This document shows positions 11,198 to 21,516 of a DNA stretch of 64,000 nt, piece by piece. Under the pieces are notes generated by a model. It did not search any database, had not been told where the DNA came from, and saw only the letters and a program-made list of their open reading frames with translations. Source of the stretch: Scyliorhinus canicula (Eukaryota); assembly GCF_902713615.1 (NCBI RefSeq), contig NC_052146.1, positions 309,768,335 through 309,832,334 on the forward strand, written 5' to 3'. Made by a program: the position numbers and the translations under genes. How positions within the stretch are numbered: position 1 is the stretch's first letter; each line of letters begins with the position of its first letter.

Positions 11198-14100
11198 CGG
11201 TGTTCGGGCTCCCCCACTTGGGTCTGTGACACACTATGGGATCCGTCAGGGAGACCCGTAGTCACGGCAAAAGTAAAAGGGAAGCCCATAGAGTTACTTT
11301 GGGACACAGGAGGGTCCCGCACCACAATAAACTCCACGACCACGGCACAGGCAGACACTTGGCCGACCACATCCACCATCACACTTAGCGGGTTCACAGG
11401 ACACTCGCAGCAGGGACATATCACAGCACCCGTAGCGATCCAGCTAGGGAACATTTCCACAAAACATCCAGTCGTTTTAGTAAATCTTCCCCGGACAGCA
11501 GAACACATCCTGGGGATAGATTTTATGAATGCTCATAGCCTGTCGTTCGACCCAGTGAACCAGTGTGTCTGGCGAATGGCTCGATCGGACAGAGCACCAG
11601 CTACTCTCAAAGTAGGAGAGTACGCTAACAGGATTAGTGCAGTAGGAGAGTACTCCTTTGACCTGACTACACTCCACACCGACAGACAAATAAAGGCACT
11701 TCTAAACAAACACAGGACAGCATTTGCCAGTCACCGTCATGACTGTGGCAGAATGACTGGACCAATCCACGTTACCGGACCGGACCCCCGACCACAGAAA
11801 CAGTATAGATTTCCCCTGGAAGCAGAGGCGGAAATAGAGAAAGTTATAGGAAGCTTATTGGAGCAAGGTGTGCTCAGAACGGTAGCCTCGACCAATAATG
11901 CCCCTATTTGGCCAGTGAGGAAGCCCGATGGATCATGGCGTCTGACCATCGATTATCGGGAACTCAACAAAGTCACCCCCGCAGTAGCCCCAACGATAGC
12001 TACTAGTCCCGAGACCATGCTCAAGCAGGGACTCAACTCCAAATATTTCACGGTATTGGACATTAGTAATGGCTTCTGGTCAATACCATTGGCAAAAGCG
12101 TGCCAGTACAAATTTGCCTTCACTTTCAAATCGCAGCAGTATACGTGGACATGCCTTCCACAAGGATTCCACAACTCCCCCTCCATTTTCCACCGACAGT
12201 TGGCAAGTGGTTTAGAAAAATTTTCCCGCCCCGAATGTCTGGTACAGTATGTAGACGACCTACTACTGCAGACAGACACAAAGGCAGAGCACATTTCGCT
12301 TCTGGCCGAACTCCTGGAACTCTTGACTGAAATTGGATGTAAAGTTAACCCGAGAAAGGCCCAGATTTTGGCAGATAAAGTGATGTATTTGGGTACAGTC
12401 ATCACGCACGGCAAACGCGAGATCGAATTCAAAAGAATTGATTTGATCGTCAAATTGCCCCTTCCCCAGAATGTTTCAGCCCTCCGGTCGTTTTTAGGAC
12501 TGGTTGGCTATTGTCGGAACCACATCGACGGATTCGCGACAAAAGCCGCCCCACTCTCAGACCTCCTTAAGAAAGGAGCCCCCTGGGAATGGCTTCCGCA
12601 GCACACAGAGGCTGTTGAGGAGTTAAAAAGAGCCCTTAGCGCAGCACCCGCGCTGCTAGTCCCAGACCCACTTTCCCCTTTCGCAATCGAGGTAGCGAGC
12701 ACCGATCTGACCCTCTCGGCCGTGTTGCTTCAGGAACGGCACGAGCAGCTAAGACCAGTGGCTTATGCCTCACGACTGTTAGACCCGGTTGAACAAGGAT
12801 TCTCAGCCTGTGAGAGGCACCTCCTTGCTGTCTTCTGGGCAGTACAATATTTCTCTTACATTACCGGACTCAACCCCATTACTATTCTGACCGAACACAC
12901 ACCCACACAGTTACTCCTAGACGGTCGACTGAAGGACGGTTCAGTTAGCCAGATTAGGGCAGCTAGGTGGACACTACTCTTACAAGGACGGGGCATTACA
13001 GTAAAACGGACACGCACACACACATATTTAGCAGACAATCTTCAATACCCCGGACAGCCCCATGACTGTGAAATTGTAGCTCCCCTACATAACACAGGAC
13101 CCTTTATAGCAAAGACACCCCCCAGGAAGATAGGGAATCCAGCACAAGGCACCCCACACGCAGACACGTGTGGACCCCTGAGGATTTACGTGGACGGTTC
13201 ATCCACAGTTTTAAATGGTGAGCGTATCACAGGATGCGGCATCTATGTCGAGGACGCGCAGGGTCGCGCACTCGAAGAAATAGCACTCAAATTGCCAGGT
13301 CACTTAGGCGCGCAGGCAGCAGAGCTCGCGGCCATAGCTTATATAGTGGACCACCCCGATTCTTTCCCCAGCCCAGCAGACATATATTCAGACAGTTTAT
13401 ATGTCTGTAATAGTTTCACAGATTTTCTGCCCCTGTGGAGGACACGAGGTTTTGTCTCCGCAGACGGGAAACCCCTTCCATCAGCCCCTTTACTCCAGCA
13501 CATCTTAGAAAAAGCGAAGGACAGGACCTTCGGCATAATAAAGGTAAGAAGTCACCATAGGTCATCCCCCCCTGGGAATGTAAAGGCCGACGCATTGGCT
13601 AAGGCAGGTTCCAGGCGAGGACACTTATGGACCCCCCCCCCAGCTAGTGCACCAGCTAGCGCCCCTGTGAGCGCAGTCCAAGTCTCACAGACTGACATTA
13701 AAGATCTTGTAGAGGCACAGAAGCAGGATGAGGATCTCAGGGAGATTTTCAAAGGAAACTTTGTGCCACAATACGATAGATTCAAACATGCACTGACCAC
13801 ACATGAGGGTGTGATCATTAAGGACCAGCTTTATGTGGTCCCGAAGCAGGACAGGAATCAGATGATTGCCTTGTTCCATGACGGACACGGGCATCAAGGA
13901 ATTGACACAACTACTAGGCACCTCAGGCAGCTCTGTTGGTGGCCTAATCTAAGGACCGATGTGACACATTATATCGAGAATTGCCTTATTTGCGCTCAGA
14001 ATAACCCGGAGAGGTATTCTAAAAAAGCCCAACTTCGGCATACTCGACCAGTTAACGGCCCCTGGACGAACCTCCAGATCGACTTTATAGGACCATTGCC

Positions 14101-15427
14101 CCCTTGTAGGAATGGCTATAAATACGTTCTGGTGGTGATCGACACTTTTACCAAGTGGGTAGAGGCATTTCCCTCTCGTACGAACACAGCTAAGACAGCT
14201 GCTAAAATTCTGACGCACCACATCTTCACAAGATGGGGTTTACCGCGTAGTATTGATTCGGACCAGGGATCTCATTTTACAGGACGTGTCATGAAGAGCG
14301 TCCTGACAATATTTGGCATAAAACAAAATTTCCACATTGCGTATCATCCACAGTCCAGCGGGATTGTGGAGTGCATGAATCGGACCCTAAAAACAACCCT
14401 TAGGAAAATGGTACAGGAAAACAATTCGACATGGGATTCAGTGCTCCCATTTGCACTCATGTTCATAAGAAACACTGTCTCCACATCCACAGGTTACACA
14501 CCACACAAACTCATGACCGGACGCCCTATGAAAGGTACAGAATTCCTTTTAGGACTGGACATGACTAGCCCCGAAGTAACGGCCCTCACCCATGAAAGAG
14601 CAGTTAAAGACCTAGTTGAGACTGTGAGGTCTGCACAGCTCGCAGCCGCAGTTCGACTAGGCAAACGACGTCAGCAAAGCACTGCGTGCTTTGACAAGAC
14701 TGTTCACCCCACAGAATTCCAGGTTGGGCAACAGGTAATGTTATCTGTTTACAACCCCAGCAGTTTTTTGGCTCCAAAATTTTCCGGCCCCTACTCAATT
14801 GCGGATAAAATTAGCCCCTCTGTGTATAAAATCAAATATCCTAACGGGAAGACTGCGTGGTTTCATATTAACCAGCTTAAAGCATATGGAACACAGTCTA
14901 ACCATGCTCATCATGTACTGCTAGATGCAGCAGAACACTTCACCCCGCCCACTAGAGACACTTTTCCACCATCCCCCTCACAGACCAGTTCATCAATGGA
15001 CTCGCCCACGACTCCGCCCACTGACCACGACAGACCACGCCCCGAAACGCCCACAAGCTGCCGCAGCAGAGACAGCAGGACAGACACTGACTCTGAGGAC
15101 AGCGACAGCACACAGCCATACAGCCCACACTGCACCAACTACGACCCCGACTCCAGTGACCCCATGGAAGTCACTTACCTTAAAAACCCAGAACCACCAC
15201 CCGACCCCGACTACCCCGACAACACACTTGACACAGCACTCTGGCACAGGGACAATTCGTGCAGACTTGTCCGCAACGATGAAAGTGACCCCCGGTCACA
15301 TAATTATAAGATTGCATGCCTGATCCACACAAGGGTGTGGGATCCGGGAGAGCAGGACGACACGGTGTCTGAATCCCGATACGGCAACCCCTTTGTGACC
15401 CTGTTCACAGAGGCAGAGTCAAAGTGA
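11198..15427 (+). CDS. pol: Pro-Pol in frame with gag: protease, RT, degenerate RNase H, second RNase H, integrase
   Basis: LLWDTGGS (Asp codon 11303), LPQGF, YVDD, IEVAST..AYASR, IYVDGSS..AELAAI..YSDS..GNVKADALA, HDGHGH..CLIC, IDFIGP..DSDQG..GIVE, GPY. Confidence 0.96.
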   Translation, partial: RCSGSPTWVCDTLWDPSGRPVVTAKVKGKPIELLWDTGGSRTTINSTTTAQADTWPTTSTITLSGFTGHSQQGHITAPVAIQLGNISTKHPVVLVNLPRTAEHILGIDFMNAHSLSFDPVNQCVWRMARSDRAPATLKVGEYANRISAVGEYSFDLTTLHTDRQIKALLNKHRTAFASHRHDCGRMTGPIHVTGPDPRPQKQYRFPLEAEAEIEKVIGSLLEQGVLRTVASTNNAPIWPVRKPDGSWRLTIDYRELNKVTPAVAPTIATSPETMLKQGLNSKYFTVLDISNGFWSIPLAKACQYKFAFTFKSQQYTWTCLPQGFHNSPSIFHRQLASGLEKFSRPECLVQYVDDLLLQTDTKAEHISLLAELLELLTEIGCKVNPRKAQILADKVMYLGTVITHGKREIEFKRIDLIVKLPLPQNVSALRSFLGLVGYCRNHIDGFATKAAPLSDLLKKGAPWEWLPQHTEAVEELKRALSAAPALLVPDPLSPFAIEVASTDLTLSAVLLQERHEQLRPVAYASRLLDPVEQGFSACERHLLAVFWAVQYFSYITGLNPITILTEHTPTQLLLDGRLKDGSVSQIRAARWTLLLQGRGITVKRTRTHTYLADNLQYPGQPHDCEIVAPLHNTGPFIAKTPPRKIGNPAQGTPHADTCGPLRIYVDGSSTVLNGERITGCGIYVEDAQGRALEEIALKLPGHLGAQAAELAAIAYIVDHPDSFPSPADIYSDSLYVCNSFTDFLPLWRTRGFVSADGKPLPSAPLLQHILEKAKDRTFGIIKVRSHHRSSPPGNVKADALAKAGSRRGHLWTPPPASAPASAPVSAVQVSQTDIKDLVEAQKQDEDLREIFKGNFVPQYDRFKHALTTHEGVIIKDQLYVVPKQDRNQMIALFHDGHGHQGIDTTTRHLRQLCWWPNLRTDVTHYIENCLICAQNNPERYSKKAQLRHTRPVNGPWTNLQIDFIGPLPPCRNGYKYVLVVIDTFTKWVEAFPSRTNTAKTAAKILTHHIFTRWGLPRSIDSDQGSHFTGRVMKSVLTIFGIKQNFHIAYHPQSSGIVECMNRTLKTTLRKMVQENNSTWDSVLPFALMFIRNTVSTSTGYTPHKLMTGRPMKGTEFLLGLDMTSPEVTALTHERAVKDLVETVRSAQLAAAVRLGKRRQQSTACFDKTVHPTEFQVGQQVMLSVYNPSSFLAPKFSGPYSIADKISPSVYKIKYPNGKTAWFHINQLKAYGTQSNHAHHVLLDAAEHFTPPTRDTFPPSPSQTSSSMDSPTTPPTDHDRPRPETPTSCRSRDSRTDTDSEDSDSTQPYSPHCTNYDPDSSDPMEVTYLKNPEPPPDPDYPDNTLDTALWHRDNSCRLVRNDESDPRSHNYKIACLIHTRVWDPGEQDDTVSESRYGNPFVTLFTEAESK

Positions 15428-16382
15428 GGTGTCCAGATGATGTAACATAGGAATCGTTTGAGGGAAGCGATGTCCTTTCTGATGGAACCTGCACGTATGT
15501 TTGTCTATCGTTTTATGTTTGTTTGTCTTTCAGGAATGTAAATGGTTCAGTTGGAGGATGGACATCTTCTTTTCAGCTGAAAAGATTGTGACCACCTCAC
15601 ACACACGTTAGCTTGTCCGCCGATACCTTTGAGAACTTCAGTTCCCAAACCCGTTTGATTGGAGATCTTTTCAAGTTGTAAGGCTTGTGACCGCCTTACA
15701 CACACAATAGTTTATCTGCAGATACCTGTGAGAACTTCAGGTTCCGTCCTCAGTTGGAGCATCTTGGCTCCCTTGTTTTTGTTAGGTGCCCCTCTATTCG
15801 GCGAATAGAGGCTGCAAGTCACGGTAACCACATTCTTACCCGTTTAATCCAGGTTACTCAGGCAGTGGACAAACGGCACTGAGGACCCGCCCTGTCTGAG
15901 AACCAACCTTGGTCAGCCAAGCTCGGGTATGGCACAGCACGCCCTACCCGGGGATCCCATCCAACTCGTACCCGTCGCGGCCCATACGCAACTCATTCGA
16001 ACGTTTCTTTCAAAATTTGTTTTCATTTTAGTTAGGTAGCCCTTTGGCCGCCATCCCACATGCTATTTACATCCGGGAACATTCGGATGGTAAACTAGCA
16101 AAGCCTGCGAGACGGCTCGCAGGAGAAGGATTGTTAGGTGTATTCTGGTCTTCAAATTCGCTTTTGAAAAAAAAAAAATGAGGGGAGTCACAGGGTGTGA
16201 CTTGGCCAGTCATTTTTAAAGGGTCAATTGGAATTTAAAAGACAGATGCACTAACAGGTAAAGATCTTAAACTGTGTATTGACAGATACTGTGCTTGATC
16301 CCATAGCTTTCGAAGGACGAGACAGGGATCGAAGCAAGGATTGTCCATACAGGAGGAAGAAAGAAGGAAGAACAAGTTGAAG

Positions 16383-16727
16383 ATGATGGAAGCTCACCTA
16401 TTACTATTGAATGTTATATTTGTTTGTGTACAAACCAGCCATGTTTCCCCCACAACCCCCGCCGTTAATGTTTCCCTCACAGCAAGTCCCCCGTGCTCAG
16501 CTCTGATCAGCGAGGTTCAGACCTGGTGCACGAAGTTTATGACATGGTACTCCATGTCATACGTGATCGAATCACTGCTAGTGATTGCGATCATCTGTAT
16601 CATCATCCAAACCCTCAGGTTGAGGAAGTGGAAGAGGAGAGCCTCCCGCTCCTGCCCCTCAACCATCTATGGGGTACAATCCCCTATCTTCGGGTTTCAC
16701 CAATCCCCCCAGCCCCTCACTGATTAA
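16383..16727 (+). CDS. Small single-pass membrane protein (114 aa) in the env position of the LTR element
   Basis: ATG ATG in good Kozak context; hydrophobic N-terminus, NVS sequon, TM YVIESLLVIAIICIIIQTL, basic RLRKWKRR; acceptor at 16284-16285 with no ATG in between; AATAAA 16739-16744. Confidence 0.72.
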   Translation: MMEAHLLLLNVIFVCVQTSHVSPTTPAVNVSLTASPPCSALISEVQTWCTKFMTWYSMSYVIESLLVIAIICIIIQTLRLRKWKRRASRSCPSTIYGVQSPIFGFHQSPQPLTD

Positions 16728-17099
16728 AGCACTCTGTAAATAAAATTCTACCATGTATTATATTGTCCTACACTCGACTGCCGAGTTAGGAAGTGTGATG
16801 TTGTGGTGTGAATGGTTAAGGTTTTTTAGAGTGTGATAAATGTTTAAGTTAAGGATAAGGATAGTGTGATAGGTAGAGGTTCCCGGTTTTTGTAATGCAT
16901 GTCCCTTTGACATAGGGCCAAGTAGAATGTTAGTTAAATTTTTTTTTCTTCTTCCCATAGTTTAGGATAGAGTAGCCCAGGAACTGGCAAGAGGTCAGGG
17001 AACACAGGGAACACACAGAGAAGGCACCCAGAAGCACTCAGCACGACCTGCATGGGTGATCCTTCACAATTTTCAATTGTGAGGATCACAAGGAGGGAA

Positions 17100-18061
17100 T
17101 GTAGCCACCTAAAATGGACGCTGAGCTGCAAAGTAAGCCAAGCGCTAAGACTGCAGGGAAAAAGGCAGTTTAGCCAAAACAGCAGTCTGCAAAGAGAGCA
17201 TTTTGCATTCTGCAAGTAGCAGAAACCAGTTTGGGCTCAGGTGAGAAGACCTTAGTTAGGTGCAAATGGCAAAACGCTTTGCATACTAATGAGGCAATCA
17301 GACCTGAACACCCACACAATAGAAACATTTGACTCTGAATGGACACATTTGAACCAAGGCCCAGACATCGAGGCACCAGAAACCTCCAAACAAAAGGGCA
17401 TAAGAAACGCCGCCCCCATCACGGAGACCCCCTCGCATTGGGGAATTCAAACAGTATCGATGAGGAATTGATCCAATAGATAACCAAAGGTTAAAGCCCG
17501 CCCCAAAAAGGCACGGACATTGGGATCCCTATAAAAGACAGGGACCTCGTGTTGTCCGGTCTGTTTTGTGCTCCGGCTACCTGTGATCCTGAACTTGACT
17601 CCTGACTCCAGCCGTTGAGCACCAGCCGCTGAACCGTGAGTAATACACGACGCTCGCTACGCGAACCAGCTACCGATAGACCCTGACGACCAGCATACCC
17701 TCTGAAGGTGCAGCCCCAAGATCAGAAGGAAGGCCTTGCTCCCTGACCTTGCCGGTTCCCACTTAGTTAAGTATACTGATCGTTTAGTTTAGTCATAGCT
17801 TAGTCTCGTAGTGTGTGCATGGGTATTTATTATTTGTCATAATAAATACAATTCGTTTAGAACTCACTAATCGGTGTATCGTCTTTATTACTTTGAACCT
17901 GACCTTGAAATACTTGTGACGGTGTCTAGATACGGCACCTGGCGACTCCGAGCTAGAAGAATACACATACAGAGCCTAGTAGTGTTAAGCACACGACCTT
18001 ACGGAGGCGTGTTAATACACTCCAATAAACGCGTTTTACACCCAAAGTAAAACGTGCAACA
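17100..18061 (+). repeat. 3' LTR
   Basis: Same length as 5' LTR; about 11 substitutions by manual comparison. Confidence 0.96.
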
Positions 18062-18829
18062 AGGTGCAGAGGATTCCGCACCTTTGGGGCGGCTCGACGC
18101 CGGAGTGGTTCCCGCCACTCCTTCCCGTCAGGGTTGATTCCCGTCCCGCTGATTCCCGCAGAATCCCGCCCCACTTATTTCGGGAATTGTGGGAGGAAAC
18201 CAGAGGACCCGGAGGAAATCCACGCAGACACGATGAGAAACATGCAGACTCCGCACTGACAGTGACTCACGCCGGGAATCGAAACTGGGACCCGAGATCA
18301 GTGAAGCAACAGTGCCAACCACTGCGCTGCAGTGCAACCCATTAGCCCCATTTTCCCCTTTAAAATAAATTGTAATTCTTTGAATTTAAATATTCCTGAA
18401 ATGAAATGAAAATGAAAAGCGCTTATTGTCACAAGTAGGCTTCAATGAAGTTACTGTGAAAGCCCCTTCTCGCCACATTCTGGCACCTGTTCGGGGAGGC
18501 TGGTACAGGAATTGTTGCTGGCCTGCCCTGGTCTGCTTTCAAAGCCAGCTATTAAGCCCAGAGTGCTAAACCAGCCTGTGTGTGTTTATCTTGGTGTGTA
18601 CAAATTGAAAAACTTCAACAATGAGTCACTTTTCACAAGATTCAATCCTAAACAATAAAGCGACTGATTTTTTATTGACTCACACAAATATATTTTGCTT
18701 TATTCAAATGAATCAGCTCTTCGGTTCAATCTTAGAATCTGGTTCTCTCCTTTTCAAACAGAACATTCTCTTTAAACACTTTGGAACCTTCAGACTGGTG
18801 TTTAACTTGTTGATATTTTTCTCTGAAAG

Positions 18830-19174
18830 GTGCGAATGCTCCAGTCCTTATCCAGTCCCCGAGTCTGGAATGTGTCACAGAGGGTCAGACTGCACGGTTA
18901 CAGTGCACCATGCGGAACGCCGCAGTGACACACACCGATGTTCACTGGAACCGGGAGCTGCCAGGGAAAGATATGGAAAGGGTTTTAACACATGATATAA
19001 AGAATAACACACAATGGAGTCCGGGTTTCACTGAGCGTTTCCATCCTTCCCGAGACACGGCCAATAAAACCTTCATCCTGACAATCAGCAACGTGCAGCC
19101 CAGTGACACTGCCGTCTATTACTGCTCCGTGTGGGGAGATATCAGTGGGAATGGATCACAGCTGAATGTAACCA
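18830..19174 (+). CDS. Receptor gene A, exon VJ2: second germline-joined V-J Ig domain
   Basis: AG at 18828-18829, donor GTAAGT at 19175, phase 1/1, 345 nt: GANAPVLIQSPS..LQC..VHWNR..DTAVYYCSVWGDISGNGSQLNVT. Confidence 0.93.
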
Positions 19175-19464
19175 GTAAGTACAATTTCCATGATTCTCAT
19201 GTGGTTTTGCTCACAGATGGAAACTTCTTGAACTTATCTTCCAGAATATAAATTCTTTGACTCCTTTGTTTACTCAGGTTATTGCCAATGCGGTGCCTCG
19301 AGCTGGTTGGTTTTATATTCATACTTTATTGGCAAGGTGCCATCCCTAACTGCCCTGGAGAAGGTGGTGGTGAGCTGCTGCACTCCATGTGGTGTAGGTA
19401 CTGCTGTTAGGGAGGGAGTTCCAGGATTGTGACCCAGCGACAGTGTAGTAACGGCGATACATTT

Positions 19465-20356
19465 TGTTACGACACCCTGGGCCAGCGCACGGTCAGTTCC
19501 AGCCCCACAGACCCCGGAGTCCCAACATAAGTCAATTAACCAGGAACTTGTGTACTTTCCTGATATCTTTGATCGTTGACCTCTCCAATCAGTTACAGGC
19601 ACCAGTTTTGAATGTAAATCATTAGAACTGTTTATTTATAAAAAGAGTAAAGATGAACATATAATGGAAATAATGTAACACGGCACTACTAGTCTAACTA
19701 TTCTCCAAACACCGTCCCACCCACCACCCACATGCACACAAGACAGACACACAGGGGGGAAGGGAAAGGATTGAAATGATGGGGATTAAACTGGGTGTGA
19801 GATATTTGAGGATCTTTGCTGCTGAGGTTGAGGTCTTTGTCGGCAGTGATCACTTCAGAATGCGAGATGTTGAACCATCAGTTGGGTTAGATCTTCAAGC
19901 TGGGCCATTCAGGCTGGATTCTCAGGTTGTGGGATTCCATCTGGAAGGAGAACTTCAAACCAGCTGAGTTTCTGATATGTGGTCAGCTTCAGCAGACTCA
20001 CCAACAACTTGTCTCAGTTACACAGAATATTAGAGCAGCATTTTCGTGAGGCCTTTGACTGATCTGCTACCTTTAATAGAAGAGGGATCTGGAATGATCC
20101 CCCCTCCCCAGCTCTGTATTCAGGTTTTGAGTACTCACTAACTGCTCTGTGTACCTGAAGGGAATTCAAACTGAGATTTGAGAGAGAATTGCCCTCTTCT
20201 GGGACAGAGATTCAAAAGGATTCTGCTCAGCTCTGCAGTTTGGAAAAATCTGGGTTGGCCAACACTGATTCGTCCTCCAACACAGCCGGAGACTTCTCAG
20301 CTCAGACTCTCTTTGGCATTCCGGGGACCACAACAGTTTTCCGTGTTTCTGTAACA
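19465..20356. mobile_element. Probable solo LTR inserted in a LINE fragment
   Basis: tgttac..gtaaca inverted termini; no TSD recognised. Confidence 0.45.
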
Positions 20357-20549
20357 TGGCCAACATGCATTGTCCCTCAGTCTCTAACTGAGCCAGTCTC
20401 TGAGGGTTTGGTTTATAAGGAGGTGGCTTTGGGGTTTGAAAAGGTTTGAAGTCCCCACCATGGGGGGTGAACAGACTGCCCCCTGGTACTTCCCTCCAAC
20501 TTGGTCTACACTCCTTGGCACCATCTCTATACCTGACTCTGTCTGTCCC

Positions 20550-20970
20550 TCACCACTCGCTGTGTGAATCTGTCTCCACCACACTCTCAGACAGAACATT
20601 CCAGATCCTAACCACTCGCTGTGTGAATCTGCTCCACCACACTCTCAGACAGTACATTCCGGATCCTAACCACTCGCTGTGTGAATCTGCCTCGACCACA
20701 CTCTCAGACAGAACATTCCAGATCCTAACCACTCGCTGTGTGAATCTGTCTCCACCACACTCACAGACAGTACATTCCAGATCGTAAACACTCCCTGTGT
20801 AAAAATGTCTCCATAACACTCGCAGACAGAACATTCTAGATTCTAACTACTCGCTGTGTTAATTTACCTCCACCACACTCTCAGATAGTACATTCCAGAT
20901 CCTAACCACTCGCTGTGTGAATCTGTCTCCACCACGCTCTCAGACAGTACATTCCAGACCCTAACCACTC
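20550..20970 (-). repeat. 59-bp minisatellite derived from the CR1 ORF2 3' end (inverse of 43190-44480)
   Basis: Repeating accactcgctgtgtgaatctg..ccaccacactctcagacag..cattccagatccta. Confidence 0.9.
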
Positions 20971-21365
20971 ACTCTGTGGAAGAAGTTTTTTTCTTCATTT
21001 CACATTTGCCTTTTTTGCAAATTATTTTTTTGCCCGCTGTCTCAATCTTTTCAGAAAGGGGAACAGTTTCTCCCTGTCTGCTCTGGTCAGAACTCCAGTG
21101 ATTTTGAACATCTCTATCAAATCTCCTCTGATCCTTCTTCTCTCCAAGGAGAATGGTCCAACTTCTCCAATATATCCCCAGAACTGAAGTTCCTCATCCC
21201 TGGATCCATTGTCTTGAATCTTTGCTGCACTCTCTCCGATACCATCACATCCTTCCTAAAGTGCGATACCCAGAATTGGATGTAATATTCTGATTGAGGC
21301 TGAACTAATATCTGAAGCTGAATATACTGAAGCTGCCGTGTGTCTAACATTCTGATATTTTACAG

Positions 21366-21516
21366 AACAATCATCCAACAAGAATCCCAGGACTTCAGAT
21401 GTGATTGTTTTAAGCACGGGGATAATTCTGGCCTTTGTTGTCTTGTTCTGCTTTGCTCTGCTCACATGTTATCTTGTAAAAAAGAGGTTGCACTCTGCAA
21501 AGAACTCCACACAAAG
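21366..21516 (+). CDS. Receptor gene A, stalk + transmembrane exon
   Basis: tttacAG acceptor, GTAAAT donor, phase 1/2: (K)QSSNKNPRTSDVIVLSTGIILAFVVLFCFALLTCYLVKKRLHSAKNSTQ(R); uncharged TM, basic stop-transfer. Confidence 0.88.

Larger units (their letters stand above)
8162..18061 (+). mobile_element. Full-length retrovirus-like LTR element (9.9 kb), env-less
   Basis: Two 962-bp TG..CA LTRs, 4-bp TSD AGGT (8158-8161 and 18062-18065), PPT aaggagggaa at 17090-17099, open gag and pro-pol. Confidence 0.97.

Noticed and set aside
16286-16727. In-frame fusion of VJ1 to the element's small TM protein
   Set aside because: VJ1 ends in phase 1, the acceptor is phase 2 for that ORF, and that frame has a stop just after the acceptor.
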